A DNA stretch of 64,000 bases from an uncultured virus (IMG/VR IMGVR_UViG_3300030117_003229). Lineage: Duplodnaviria > Heunggongvirae > Uroviricota > Caudoviricetes. The stretch is taken from IMG/VR virus record IMGVR_UViG_3300030117_003229, positions 1 to 64,000 of that record; one strand, written 5' to 3'. Under the pieces are notes generated by a model, which saw only the letters and a program-made list of their open reading frames with translations, was not told where the DNA came from and did no database searches. The position numbers and the translations under genes are program-made. Below are positions 1 through 10,261 of the stretch, piece by piece; the stretch's first letter is position 1; every line of letters starts with the position of its first letter.

Positions 1-40
1 CATTACTGACTCCTTTTTTGTTCCAACCTAATCAATCCAA

Positions 41-3000
41 TTAGGTAAAGTATGTTAATCCAACTGTTATATATGAACCAGCTTGTAAATCATTAGCACT
101 ATCTGATTGTGCATCAGTATTATCTCCTAAATAAACTCTTAAAAAACTTTCACCGCTTATGCCAAGTCCAACAAAATCAGATATATTTGCAGAAGAAGTA
201 TTATCCATACTAACACCACCAGAAACTCTGTGTTGATCTCCAGAAGCAATCGCATAAGGTAAAGAAACCTTAAAAAATCCATCTGGACTACTTACAGAAG
301 AAACAAACAATAATCCAGTCACAGTAACCTGTCTACCGACTTTTACATAAGTAAGTGTTTGATAGCTACTATTTAAAGTTATTGTACCACTTGTACCACA
401 AGTAACTGTTGCTGTATGTGTACCTTCTTCATATTCTGTACCAGCATCGTATGGAGCATTTTCTAAAGTTGCACCAGTTACAGTTCCATCTAAAGAATTT
501 CCAGATTTATCTCCCCATACCTTTTCACCAGCAGAACTACCATCGTATTCAGCTACTGCACCGATTGGATGCAAAACAGAACTATGATTCCATTCTGTTG
601 GAGTAGTGCCAGTAGATACAAACTTGACACCAGTTGCATTTGAGGATGCTCCTAAATTTGTAAAATCATCATTTGAATTATAAGTAGTAATTATATATGC
701 TTTACCTTTTACTAAAGTACCAGATGTTAAATTAGTCTGATTTGCACCTTTGTATTTATACTCTACACTTGCACCACTATATAGTTCTTTTACTTCTGTA
801 GCTGTTAATAAGTTGTTAAATACTCTTGCATGAGAAATTTCCATTTCAGTAAAGTTAGCTTCTTGGTCGTTAGTTCCAATCTGAAAAGGATTACTATTAG
901 AAGCATCTCCACTTGACCCAGATATATCTGTTGTTCCCTCTGCTACTCCATTTACATAAACAGTAGCATTTGCACTTCTATCAAATGTTATACAAACATG
1001 ATGATAATTACCATCAGCTATAACTGTTGAACCTTCGCTAATTAAAGTTCTTGTATTGTTTCCAACTATTCTTCCAGCAAGTTTACCATTAGCACCAACC
1101 TCCATTGAATAGCCTTCTAATCCAGCATTAGTATGGTCTATTTTCCCTAAAATAGTTCTACTAGCAACTCCAGATGGTATTCTTACCAACGCCTCTACAC
1201 TAAAATCATTTGTAGCAAAATCTAAATTAGCATTATCAGCTACTTCTATTTTATCGTTTACGCCATCCAATCTATAATATGGAGAGGACATTGTATTGGC
1301 TACATGGTTTTGATTGCCTTGTTCGTTTACTATGTAATTTCCTTTGTGGTCTACTGTTCCATCAGATGTAATTTTCATGCGTTCTAAATATGAGTTATCT
1401 GATTCGTTTGTTTTAAAAGTTAAAAATGTGCTATTGTTTGAACCTGTCCAATTAGATTCTGCAAATGCTTCTATGGATGCACCATTTATTTGCGTACTTC
1501 CAGAATCTTCATAAGCAGAAAACATAATTCCACCAAGTCTATGACCAGATTCTAAAGCTGAACCATCATTTGAAGTAAGTTTTACCTCACCACCTTCTGT
1601 AGATGAGCTTGTAGTTGTATTTTGAATTTGTAAACCATGAGATGCAAGATTTGAAGGACTTGATGTGCCGATACCTAGTGAGCCAGAGCTATTTAAGGTC
1701 ATTTTAGGATTACCAAGTGAATTTGAAGGTGTCATATGAGATGAACCACCATTTGGCCCATTTGTATAAAAATTTAAATGACTTTCATAATTACCAGCAG
1801 AGTTATATCTATTAACAAAAATACCAGCATTTATAGAATTTAAATCACTAAATATTAATCCATGAAGTCTATCTGTTGCATCACCTAAAGTCCAGTTTCT
1901 CTTTATATCTAAGTTTGTTTGAAAATCACTTGCAGATGACTCTGTTTTAGAAATTGTGAGAGGGTATGAAGGGCTAGTCGTTCCAATACCAACTCTGCCA
2001 CCTTGTGATGTTATTGAACGATTATATGCACCACCAACATAATCAAACATTGAAAATGATTCATCAGTATTAATGTTAATAGCCATTCCAATCGAATCAC
2101 TATTTCTAAGTATCATTGCAGTCCCAGATGAACCTGAAGTTGCAACATCAATGGGGGCTGAAGGACTATTGGTTCCAATACCCAAGCCTGTAGAGGTAAG
2201 GTACATTGTATTATTTTCATCTCCATTGCTATCTCTAGTAACAAATTGAAATCCAACTGCTTGGTTTTGGTCTGAACTTCCAGCGACTATCTGACCAAAA
2301 GGCACAGTTGAGTGTCTTGATTCTATTGCTAAACGATGGGCATTTGAATTGTGAGTACCTATAATTACAGCTGAGCTATTAATTCTCATTCTATCACTTC
2401 CAGTAGTAGCAAATTTTAATACTCCAGTAGCACTTTCTGCATTAATTGTATGTGTATCTCCAGCATTTGTTGTAGTTGATGCTGTTATTGTAAGATGTCT
2501 TGCATCAGAAGCACCATTTCCACTTCCACCACCTTCAAAATAAGTTCCTGTATCTCCACTTAATTCAACTTCCAAAGGAACACTGGGATGATCACAACCA
2601 ATACCCACGCCTGTACTTGTAAGTCTCATTCTTTCAGTAGCAGAAGTATTGAATTGCATACTGTCACTTGCATGACTATATAAAATTCTACCTCTATGAA
2701 CTGCATCTGTATCACCAAAATCTATAAATCCACCTTGACTTGTCCCACCTAACAAAGCCATACCTGACCAACTTGAATTTGCAACGCTTAAAAATATATT
2801 TGCATCCGCACCACCAGCTTCTGTATATGCACTTCCAAAAACTGATAATTTCCTTGTAGGCGTTGAACCAATACCGACATTGCCAGTTGCACCATCAATA
2901 GTCATTGCTTTACTATATGCACCACCAGTTCTTGATAAGAAATGTAAATCAGTATCATTATTTGTAACACCAATCATAGCATCTGTACCATCTGAACCAA

Positions 3001-4192
3001 TATTTAAACCATTGTTTGCATCTGCTGGAGTTATTCTTACTATCTGATTTGACATTATACTATTAGCAGAACCATCATCTGCAACATGAAGAGGAGTTGC
3101 TGGTGAGACAGTTCCAACTCCAACTAAACCAGCCGAAGTAATGCTAAAATAATTACTAAATCCAGTATTAAGGTCTGGATAACTACTATTACTTGCTGTT
3201 AAGTGTGCAATTCGTAAATCGGAACCTGAACCATAAATATCCCAATTAGAATCATTACCTCCGCCTACATTATTTCTTATTCGTAAACCACCATTGTAGT
3301 TTTCAGTTGATTGGTCAATTGTAAGTGCTGGTGCTTGAGTTGTACTTTCAATATGTATTTTAGATTGTGGAGAGCTATTTGAAACACCTACATTACCATC
3401 AGAACCTTGAACAAAAAAAGCTGGATCAAGATTATCTGATAATACTCTAAAATCTATATCTCTACTGTCTTGATTAAATATAACTGCTGGAGTAGAGCCA
3501 GATGCCATTCTCATATACTCTCGTAAAGTACCATCAGTCATAACATCAAATTCTATTTGAGCATCTTCTGTACCATCTGATACATCACCAGATGCTACTT
3601 TTATCATAGCACCAACGAAATCTTGACTGTTGTCGTTTCTACCTTCAAAATCTATTTGACCAAAAACATCTGAGTCTGCTGGAGAAGATGAATTTCTATA
3701 TAATCTTAAATTTGGCCCAGAACTTGCATCAGCATCCGTAGATGTAAGTGTTAATGTATCTGTGTTATCAGCAGTTGTAATTTCTACATTACTTAAAAAC
3801 TTTGTACTTGTTGAATTTATTTCTAATGGAATAGTCGCATCTACGGCATCATTTACTGCATTTAATCGTAAAGATGAACTATTTGCAGTTGTTGTAAAAT
3901 TAACATTAGAAGCCATTTTTGCATGAAAAGTAGCTAATGGCGTGATTCCGATACCCACCCTAGCATTTGTGGTATCTACTATAAATACATCTGTTCCGTC
4001 CGCCTTCTCCACTAAAAAAGCAGATGTATTTGTTACTTTTACTTGCGATGTCCCTTCTATTATTTCATCGAAACTCAATGATCCTCCACCATCAACCTGG
4101 AGATCTCCATTGATGACTAAATCTCCTGTTATTGTACCACCAGAGGATATTTGTGCGGATGTTGTGCTAACTAAATTTTTAAATGATGCCAT
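41..4192 (-). CDS. Long tail fibre / receptor-binding protein with LamG (ConA-like) domain
   Basis: Repeated GNVGIGT..P...LHV modules, LamG-like segment (DFSVEALVR...YHHVCITFDR...YVNG), C-terminal YEEGT..YVKVGRQV motif. Confidence 0.85.
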   Translation of the reverse strand: MASFKNLVSTTSAQISSGGTITGDLVINGDLQVDGGGSLSFDEIIEGTSQVKVTNTSAFLVEKADGTDVFIVDTTNARVGIGITPLATFHAKMASNVNFTTTANSSSLRLNAVNDAVDATIPLEINSTSTKFLSNVEITTADNTDTLTLTSTDADASSGPNLRLYRNSSSPADSDVFGQIDFEGRNDNSQDFVGAMIKVASGDVSDGTEDAQIEFDVMTDGTLREYMRMASGSTPAVIFNQDSRDIDFRVLSDNLDPAFFVQGSDGNVGVSNSSPQSKIHIESTTQAPALTIDQSTENYNGGLRIRNNVGGGNDSNWDIYGSGSDLRIAHLTASNSSYPDLNTGFSNYFSITSAGLVGVGTVSPATPLHVADDGSANSIMSNQIVRITPADANNGLNIGSDGTDAMIGVTNNDTDLHFLSRTGGAYSKAMTIDGATGNVGIGSTPTRKLSVFGSAYTEAGGADANIFLSVANSSWSGMALLGGTSQGGFIDFGDTDAVHRGRILYSHASDSMQFNTSATERMRLTSTGVGIGCDHPSVPLEVELSGDTGTYFEGGGSGNGASDARHLTITASTTTNAGDTHTINAESATGVLKFATTGSDRMRINSSAVIIGTHNSNAHRLAIESRHSTVPFGQIVAGSSDQNQAVGFQFVTRDSNGDENNTMYLTSTGLGIGTNSPSAPIDVATSGSSGTAMILRNSDSIGMAININTDESFSMFDYVGGAYNRSITSQGGRVGIGTTSPSYPLTISKTESSASDFQTNLDIKRNWTLGDATDRLHGLIFSDLNSINAGIFVNRYNSAGNYESHLNFYTNGPNGGSSHMTPSNSLGNPKMTLNSSGSLGIGTSSPSNLASHGLQIQNTTTSSSTEGGEVKLTSNDGSALESGHRLGGIMFSAYEDSGSTQINGASIEAFAESNWTGSNNSTFLTFKTNESDNSYLERMKITSDGTVDHKGNYIVNEQGNQNHVANTMSSPYYRLDGVNDKIEVADNANLDFATNDFSVEALVRIPSGVASRTILGKIDHTNAGLEGYSMEVGANGKLAGRIVGNNTRTLISEGSTVIADGNYHHVCITFDRSANATVYVNGVAEGTTDISGSSGDASNSNPFQIGTNDQEANFTEMEISHARVFNNLLTATEVKELYSGASVEYKYKGANQTNLTSGTLVKGKAYIITTYNSNDDFTNLGASSNATGVKFVSTGTTPTEWNHSSVLHPIGAVAEYDGSSAGEKVWGDKSGNSLDGTVTGATLENAPYDAGTEYEEGTHTATVTCGTSGTITLNSSYQTLTYVKVGRQVTVTGLLFVSSVSSPDGFFKVSLPYAIASGDQHRVSGGVSMDNTSSANISDFVGLGISGESFLRVYLGDNTDAQSDSANDLQAGSYITVGLTYFT

Positions 4193-4201
4193 GCTATGCT
4201 C

Positions 4202-4534
4202 CTATGCTAAGACAATTCGTACTGTCGAGGTTGCACCTTTACCAAGTAAGTGCAGGTATACCGCTGATCCAATACCTTGAGGTACTGCTAATTCATAAAT
4301 GGTATCACCACCTGAAAGATATAAACTATTTGATGCACTGATCATGTCGCTTGAGGATGAACTAAAGCCATAGTATACATCGCTGCTAGGTTGTAATATG
4401 ATTGTGTGAACCGCAGTTACATTTAAATTATATTCTGTGCCTGTGGCTACGCTTTGTGCGGATTGTACTGAATGCTGTGCAGAGCTAGACATATTCAGTG
4501 ATTCAACCACTGAATGTTTGGATAGATCAGCCAT
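4202..4534 (-). CDS. Small virion protein (homolog of 37072..37416)
   Basis: Same position and MADL..S..E.LN / VRIV motifs as in phage B. Confidence 0.6.
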   Translation of the reverse strand: MADLSKHSVVESLNMSSSAQHSVQSAQSVATGTEYNLNVTAVHTIILQPSSDVYYGFSSSSSDMISASNSLYLSGGDTIYELAVPQGIGSAVYLHLLGKGATSTVRIVLA

Positions 4535-4592
4535 CTTTTTTCTCCTTTTCTAATGCCTTACCGAGCTTGGCTGCTCTCATGGGCATTTTGGT

Positions 4593-4778
4593 TTAATCTA
4601 TGATGCCTTGACTTCTTAGACTGGCATCTGAAATTGTTTTACTGTGAATCATTGGACTTGCAATTAACTTGCGAAATTTAAATGATCCGCATTTTGGGCA
4701 ACGTATTTTATCATCTTTGGACCATAACTGTTCCCACTTATAGTTGCAACGATGACATAAAAAATCGTTTGTTTTCAT
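4593..4778 (-). CDS. Zinc-ribbon protein (FmdB-like)
   Basis: CHRC...CPKCGS...KLIAS motif. Confidence 0.6.
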   Translation of the reverse strand: MKTNDFLCHRCNYKWEQLWSKDDKIRCPKCGSFKFRKLIASPMIHSKTISDASLRSQGIID

Positions 4779-4936
4779 TTCTTTTTCTTTAATGAAAGTT
4801 TTCTTTTAGGCTTCTTTACTTCGCCTTTTTCGTTACATGGCTCATAGCCTTTTTTAATAAAACTATCAATAGTTTCTTTGCTTATGGTATCTAGTTTTCC
4901 AAAAACCGAACCATCTTTTCTTTTAAAATATTTCAT
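4775..4936 (-). CDS. Small protein with Lys-rich C-terminus (start probably MKYFKRK)
   Basis: AGGAGA RBS before ATG at 4936; positional counterpart of 37473..37691. Confidence 0.6.
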   Translation of the reverse strand: MKYFKRKDGSVFGKLDTISKETIDSFIKKGYEPCNEKGEVKKPKRKLSLKKKK

Positions 4937-4953
4937 GTTTTCTCCTATGAACA

Positions 4954-4977
4954 TGGGTGGGCAATTTTGCCCACCCA
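4954..4977 (-). terminator. Stem-loop downstream of the capsid gene
   Basis: TGGGTGGGCAA-TT-TTGCCCACCCA inverted repeat; weak U tract. Confidence 0.5.
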
Positions 4978-5002
4978 CATTATTCATCATCTTTATATAC
5001 TA

Positions 5003-5875
5003 TTAAGATGGATTGTTGAAGTTAACAACTCCAAGTGATGTACTGGAAGCACCATGTGACAAAGATGCGCCAAACAAAATGTCGGCAACCACGCTTGTCG
5101 CTAAGTGATCTATATCATATGCTGACTGCACCCTAGGTGCGATCTGCATTGCCATGTACACTGATTCTTTCTTGAATACAGTCGCAGTTTCATCACCAGT
5201 ACCACCATCATCATCCCAATCAGTTGAAATGTATGTTGGCATACCATAAATAAAGCCTACGCCACCAGAGACATTAGGATTCTGATCGTCACCTCTACGA
5301 GATGAATCATAGAAATCCTGCAAACTCAAGAGGTACATGTACGCAGCAGGTGATGCATATAAGAATGTTTCACCATCAGCGTAATCGTGACCTGCATCTA
5401 ATAACTTCTGCAAACCTTCACGTAGCTTTGCAGAGGTTACTTGGTTATCTGTTCCAAGAGTTACATCATTACCAGTTGCAGATTGAAGTATGTCTACTGC
5501 CAAGTAGTTTTCAACCTTCTTAGCTAATGCATAACCCATAGACTGAGCATATGCACCAAAAAGGTTTGCACTTTCCTGGACGCGAACAATATCTTCGATT
5601 CTCTTCGCTTCATAATGATGTTGATTAACAGTAATGGTGACTTCACCATCAGTGTTGTTTGTGTAAGTTACCGCAGTTCCTGCGTCTTTTGAAGCGGCAG
5701 CTTCCTCTGTTACCTTTGGTATATGGAGTACATCTCCAGAAGGTAATTCGGATGAAAAGTCCATCACCTGATTACGCAACTCGAACTTACGTTCAGCATA
5801 ATCCAGGATAGCGTCCCTCCAGAGTTCTGGAATGAACTTTGCCGCGGTGGTAGTTGTTACGTTACCATCAGCCAT
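5003..5875 (-). CDS. Major capsid protein (HK97 fold)
   Basis: FIPELW N-terminal motif, GDVLHIP, position after scaffold; homologous to 37747..38643. Confidence 0.85.
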   Translation of the reverse strand: MADGNVTTTTAAKFIPELWRDAILDYAERKFELRNQVMDFSSELPSGDVLHIPKVTEEAAASKDAGTAVTYTNNTDGEVTITVNQHHYEAKRIEDIVRVQESANLFGAYAQSMGYALAKKVENYLAVDILQSATGNDVTLGTDNQVTSAKLREGLQKLLDAGHDYADGETFLYASPAAYMYLLSLQDFYDSSRRGDDQNPNVSGGVGFIYGMPTYISTDWDDDGGTGDETATVFKKESVYMAMQIAPRVQSAYDIDHLATSVVADILFGASLSHGASSTSLGVVNFNNPS

Positions 5876-5894
5876 TGTTTCTTTCCTTATTCAT

Positions 5895-6437
5895 TTATTT
5901 GCGTTTATATGAATCTAATATATTGCTCCAATTCATACGCCTGTCCTCGTCTTTAATCTTCCTTAATTCAACATTGCTATCATTGACTGGCTTAGATGGA
6001 GCATTAGAAACACTAACGCGTTGTGTTTTTAGTTTTTTTACTATAGCACGCAATGCTTCCAGAGGTAACTCTCCGAATGTGGCATGCTCTTCTTCTGGTA
6101 TCTCCATTAACAACTCAGCACGAAGCATTGCTTCTTGCTTTTTTGCAGCTTCAACAATGGGTTCGAGTTGCGCTAACTTTGCTGCGCGTTCCTCGGCAAG
6201 TAATTTCCATTGCTCTTGCTCTTCCATTTGAGATACACGAGAATCCTCGATTTCTTTGCGTAATTCTGCAAGTTCCAGCTCACTTTTTTGTGCGCGAGCG
6301 CGGTATTTCTTGCTTTCCGCGATAAGATTACCAACTTCGAGTTGCGGTTGGCTTTCTTCTTCTTTTTTTTCTGGTTCTACAGACTCAACTGTAGGTTCAG
6401 GCACTGGCTGTGCAACTTCGTTTTGTTCTTCGGACAT
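5895..6437 (-). CDS. Capsid scaffolding protein
   Basis: Acidic coiled-coil, LIAESKKYR motif shared with 38651..39187, directly upstream of capsid gene. Confidence 0.75.
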   Translation of the reverse strand: MSEEQNEVAQPVPEPTVESVEPEKKEEESQPQLEVGNLIAESKKYRARAQKSELELAELRKEIEDSRVSQMEEQEQWKLLAEERAAKLAQLEPIVEAAKKQEAMLRAELLMEIPEEEHATFGELPLEALRAIVKKLKTQRVSVSNAPSKPVNDSNVELRKIKDEDRRMNWSNILDSYKRK

Positions 6438-6447
6438 ACTGTCACTC

Positions 6448-6915
6448 CTATATGTTTAACTTTACGTGTGTCTTGCTCATACGTGATAGGTTCTTGCCAA
6501 TTGTATTGGCGAAGTCTTTTACGACACCTACTTCAACATCTTCACCTAAATGTTGATTTTCAGCTATGGAACGTTTTGGCATTTTTTCTGTGCCTTCATT
6601 ATGATTAAACAACTTCGTTCCTTGCTTATTTTTCTTAATGCCGTACAAATATTGTATTTCTTGATTTTTTTTAACTTTGGTGCGTTGTACATTGAATGCA
6701 TTTAGCATTTTACCAGATAGTTTTAAGTTTACATCACTCTTATTAACTTTTTTTCTAGCTGCGTAACTTTCTGAATATGGTGCATAGCTACCAAATGATT
6801 TACCTTGAAAATCTTTACCATCTAAAATCTGTTTCTTATGCCTTCTAACAGTATTCTGTGCCATTTTTTTGACATCGGATTCGTTAAACTTCAATATGTC
6901 TTGCAGTTTAAACAT
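6448..6915 (-). CDS. Virion morphogenesis / neck protein
   Basis: YAPYSESYA...VNLKLSGKMLN motif; homolog of 39247..39723. Confidence 0.6.
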   Translation of the reverse strand: MFKLQDILKFNESDVKKMAQNTVRRHKKQILDGKDFQGKSFGSYAPYSESYAARKKVNKSDVNLKLSGKMLNAFNVQRTKVKKNQEIQYLYGIKKNKQGTKLFNHNEGTEKMPKRSIAENQHLGEDVEVGVVKDFANTIGKNLSRMSKTHVKLNI

Positions 6916-7579
6916 CTATAGGACTCCAATAATGTCTGCAACGCACTCCACCACCATGCTCATATGCATCTGGCTTGACTTGTCGTATCTCAGACTTGGT
7001 TAATGGTCCACTAGCTAAAAATGTTCTGCATATCGGTCTGGTTTTCTCATCATCTGGTCCAATATACTCATATTCAGTATCTTCTGGTAAACCCATAGCC
7101 ATTGTTGCTATCACAGAACGCCTGTAATCGCCTAGTAGCGTGCCGATTATGTTCTCAGACCGAGGTACATTCGTCTTAACTGAATTACGCATTAAATCCT
7201 TTAACTGTTCACCACGCAGGCCACTAGAAAGACCTGAAACCATTGCATTCTGCATTGAGTTAAACACCTGCCTACTAACTCCTTCTATGCCTTGCCTTGA
7301 TAAATTTTGGATAGCCAAGAGTTGTGTTTCGCTTGGATTCCCAAAAAACGGCAAATCAGTAAGAATATCTTCTGTTGTAGCCATAAAGGAGTTGATTGCG
7401 GTAGAAAAACGTAGCTCTTCAATAAAATAGGACGAAAAATCAATTGCAGCGACAATACCCAATATTTCCGCTGTAGAGACACCTTCTTCCTCAAGGTTTT
7501 CCACATCCTCTGTAAATCCAGTGATGCTATCATCGATACTGCTTTCATACGAGTTAACTGCTTGGTCTATTGTTGGCAT
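6908..7579 (-). CDS. Minor capsid / head morphogenesis protein (Mu gpF/SPP1 gp7-like)
   Basis: C-terminal GPDDEKTRPIC...GGVRCRHYW; follows portal. Confidence 0.75.
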   Translation of the reverse strand: MPTIDQAVNSYESSIDDSITGFTEDVENLEEEGVSTAEILGIVAAIDFSSYFIEELRFSTAINSFMATTEDILTDLPFFGNPSETQLLAIQNLSRQGIEGVSRQVFNSMQNAMVSGLSSGLRGEQLKDLMRNSVKTNVPRSENIIGTLLGDYRRSVIATMAMGLPEDTEYEYIGPDDEKTRPICRTFLASGPLTKSEIRQVKPDAYEHGGGVRCRHYWSPIDV

Positions 7580-8915
7580 TTAAGATATTGAGTAGTCTAT
7601 TTTGTGGTGCAGGTTCTTGTGCTTCAGCTTGCTGTTCTTCAAACCTTGCTTTATCTTCTTGGCTTGCATCTGGGTTATGATAATCAAACCAATCCATTGG
7701 TGTAGATAAATTACGATCAAAACGCCAACTCCAAAGCATAATCTCTGCTTCTGGTGTTAATGCGTAGTTTGGTTCTAAGAAGTCAACACTATATTCGTCA
7801 CCTACGTTAATATTTGCTTCTACTTCTAAAATCTTTTTGTCTACCTTATATCTGCGCTGCTCCCAAGGTCTCCATGTATCCTCAGTCATTGCGCTGCGCT
7901 CATCCATGTTTTCCATTTCAATAATAGATAAACTAGCTGCGCTGGGTGCATTGCCTGAGTCATCTCTGGCGTATTTTGCACGAATGTGATTGTTATTTAA
8001 TGTGGTTTCCACTAGAAATCTTGTGGAATCTATAATCTGATTTAGGTTGCCACCACTAGATGTAACACCAAAATTACTTTGCTCTGGAAGATACAAAATT
8101 TTATCAGTGCCAATTGTAATACGACTTGGATCATCTACACCAGTAATGAATTTAATACCTAAACATCCATAGCGAATAGCTAGGTTTAATTCTAAGAGTG
8201 CCACATTCACTGCTAAATCTGTTTTCACCACATCTAGTGCGTTGCCTACGTGATAATCTCTGATCGGTGGATAGCGATGGCAAAACGTTACTGGTAGGAC
8301 TCCATATGGATTTATATCGTTTTCGTTCACACTCATCACTTTACCTTCTTCATCCACTAAGAAATGCCTTCCTGGTACACCATATCTTTCTTCAGTCCAT
8401 ACTGCGTTGACCACTTCCGAAGATCTAGCGTTGCCTTGGTTTTCAATTGGGTACATAACGCCAATAGGCTTCTCTCTGCTATCTCCAGCTAAGAAAAGCG
8501 GTGTAAAATGCGATAATATCTCGTATTCTATCTTTTGATCTACTTCGTTCCACTTACTCCTAAATGCCATATTACCCAAAAGAAACGTTAAACGCTCCAA
8601 GATCCTGCGCTGCGCGTTCAGGCCATGCTTGTCAATTGCATTCATATACAATTCACTTGCTCTCATGCGCGGTGGACGTTTATAAGTCATACTGCGCAGG
8701 CTGCAAACTCGGCGTGTTAAATTATTTTCTGGAATGACTGTCTGGCGCAGGGTTTCTGGACCAAAATAGTCACTCACGTAGTGTTCTAGGTTGATGCCTT
8801 CGTAGAAGTCCATCAAATAGTCACGCTCGCGAGTGCGCTCATCCTCGATGTATTTTAACTGCTCTTGCAATGCGCCTAATAATGCGCCTTCTGATTGATC
8901 TTGGATAATTAGCAT
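7554..8915 (-). CDS. Portal protein
   Basis: 453 aa directly downstream of TerL; GNAPS motif shared with 40375..41745. Confidence 0.8.
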   Translation of the reverse strand: MLIIQDQSEGALLGALQEQLKYIEDERTRERDYLMDFYEGINLEHYVSDYFGPETLRQTVIPENNLTRRVCSLRSMTYKRPPRMRASELYMNAIDKHGLNAQRRILERLTFLLGNMAFRSKWNEVDQKIEYEILSHFTPLFLAGDSREKPIGVMYPIENQGNARSSEVVNAVWTEERYGVPGRHFLVDEEGKVMSVNENDINPYGVLPVTFCHRYPPIRDYHVGNALDVVKTDLAVNVALLELNLAIRYGCLGIKFITGVDDPSRITIGTDKILYLPEQSNFGVTSSGGNLNQIIDSTRFLVETTLNNNHIRAKYARDDSGNAPSAASLSIIEMENMDERSAMTEDTWRPWEQRRYKVDKKILEVEANINVGDEYSVDFLEPNYALTPEAEIMLWSWRFDRNLSTPMDWFDYHNPDASQEDKARFEEQQAEAQEPAPQNRLLNILNANNRPSS

Positions 8916-8924
8916 ATTCTACCT

Positions 8925-9848
8925 TTAAAAGAAATCGATGACACCAGCGTGTCGGTTTTTCATTGGAAACAAATTAGTCAGTAAAAATCTAAGTGCATCG
9001 CAGTGATGGTCAAACTTACCATCCTTTTTAGGTTCGTGGCGCAGCGTTTGATCTTCACGATGCTCTGGATAATGATAATTTTCGTATGATTCGATACTTG
9101 CCTTACACTTAGGATGGATAAAAAAGTGAGGGTCACCATTGGCATCCTCAAACCACCTGCGTACATGCGATACTCCAGACACTACATTTCTGGTTACTGC
9201 ATCGCGTTTTATCTTGACGTTTAGACCATGTTGCTTAAAAACGGCTATATCACTAATTCCTGACTGCAAATTTGTGCCAGATCCTGCTGGATCGCCCCAT
9301 ATACCAGTAAATTCGTAGCCAAGTGAGTTAATTTTACGTGCAAACTCCTCTGTACGCGTGTTTTGCAGGTTGACTTCGTCAATTTGGTGTATTTCAGCGA
9401 AGTTTTTCTCACGCTTATGCAACTGCACGATATTCGCTGCGCTGTGACGATAGCCAAAATCTATACCCATATATACAGGCTTCGATGGATCGTAGGTTAC
9501 ATCCTCGCGTATCTGCTTTTCTCTATCTAGTGGATACACCTTGCCCTGGTATGACTGAAACTCGCAAAGAAACTCCTGCCTATAGGTTTCTTTTGTGAGT
9601 GTGCGTTTCAGTTCTTCTACGTCATCTTTAAAATATGGGGATAGCGTAGATGGAAATCGCCATGATTCCCAGTCAGGAAACTCAGGATTCTTGCCAAAAT
9701 CTTTGTAGAGCTTGTGCAGGTAGTTGAATCCACGCGGTGTACTAATAAATAAACACCAACCTTGTCGATCTGCTAGTGTAGGTCTTAAATACATCTCGTA
9801 TGTGTTACGTGGGATAAGTGCTGCTTCATCTATTATTAAATAATCAAT
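8925..9848 (-). CDS. terL: Terminase large subunit, C-terminal part (Walker B plus nuclease)
   Basis: Frame open upstream of the annotated ATG: IDYLIIDEAA (Walker B), ISTPRG, GIDFG, DHHCDALR. Confidence 0.9.
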   Translation of the reverse strand: MDYLIIDEAALIPRNTYEMYLRPTLADRQGWCLFISTPRGFNYLHKLYKDFGKNPEFPDWESWRFPSTLSPYFKDDVEELKRTLTKETYRQEFLCEFQSYQGKVYPLDREKQIREDVTYDPSKPVYMGIDFGYRHSAANIVQLHKREKNFAEIHQIDEVNLQNTRTEEFARKINSLGYEFTGIWGDPAGSGTNLQSGISDIAVFKQHGLNVKIKRDAVTRNVVSGVSHVRRWFEDANGDPHFFIHPKCKASIESYENYHYPEHREDQTLRHEPKKDGKFDHHCDALRFLLTNLFPMKNRHAGVIDFF

Positions 9849-9877
9849 GCCTAAAAATACCGACCTTTCGGTCAGCC
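9849..9877 (-). other. Putative translational bypass element in terL (GGC take-off, UGA, GAAA hairpin, GGC landing)
   Basis: Minus strand GGC TGACCGAAAGGTCGGTATTTTTA GGC ATT GAT; removing 26 nt restores SLIGDG-IDYLIIDE. Confidence 0.75.
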
Positions 9878-10261
9878 ATCTCCTATCAAACTATCGACTG
9901 CGTCAGCCGATTTTACAACTATTTCACTATTTAAGCCTGCGAGCTTCATATAGTATAAATCGCCAGAAATCTCTTTCTTGCTTTCTAATGGCAGTTTTAG
10001 TTCTGTCATTACAATACGCTTTACCTCACGTGCAATCTTATTTGCCAGTGAGTAGTTTGGTCCTACAATCCAACCACGTGTGTTGGGTGTGAGCAGCCAA
10101 GGCATGATCTCATGCGCTGCCATGTAGGATTTCCCACTGCGGCGGCCCATTAAACAGACGCGATACCTAGCTTTACTGTTATGAACGGCCAACTGCTGTG
10201 GAGTCGGTTGGTATCCCAAAATCCTCCATAGCTTTTGCTTGTTCAGTATTGACTTTATCAA
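9872..10261 (-). CDS. terL: Terminase large subunit, N-terminal part (Walker A)
   Basis: PTPQQ, GRRSGKS Walker A, WIVGPNY; ends SLIGDG-stop. Confidence 0.9.
   Translation of the reverse strand: MIKSILNKQKLWRILGYQPTPQQLAVHNSKARYRVCLMGRRSGKSYMAAHEIMPWLLTPNTRGWIVGPNYSLANKIAREVKRIVMTELKLPLESKKEISGDLYYMKLAGLNSEIVVKSADAVDSLIGDG

Noticed and set aside
41..4192. Diversity-generating retroelement acting on the fibres
   Set aside because: No reverse transcriptase and no adenine-specific TR/VR pair seen.
9849..9877. terL as a pseudogene or group I/II intron-containing gene
   Set aside because: Both halves keep all motifs, and the 23-26-nt insert is far too short for a self-splicing intron.
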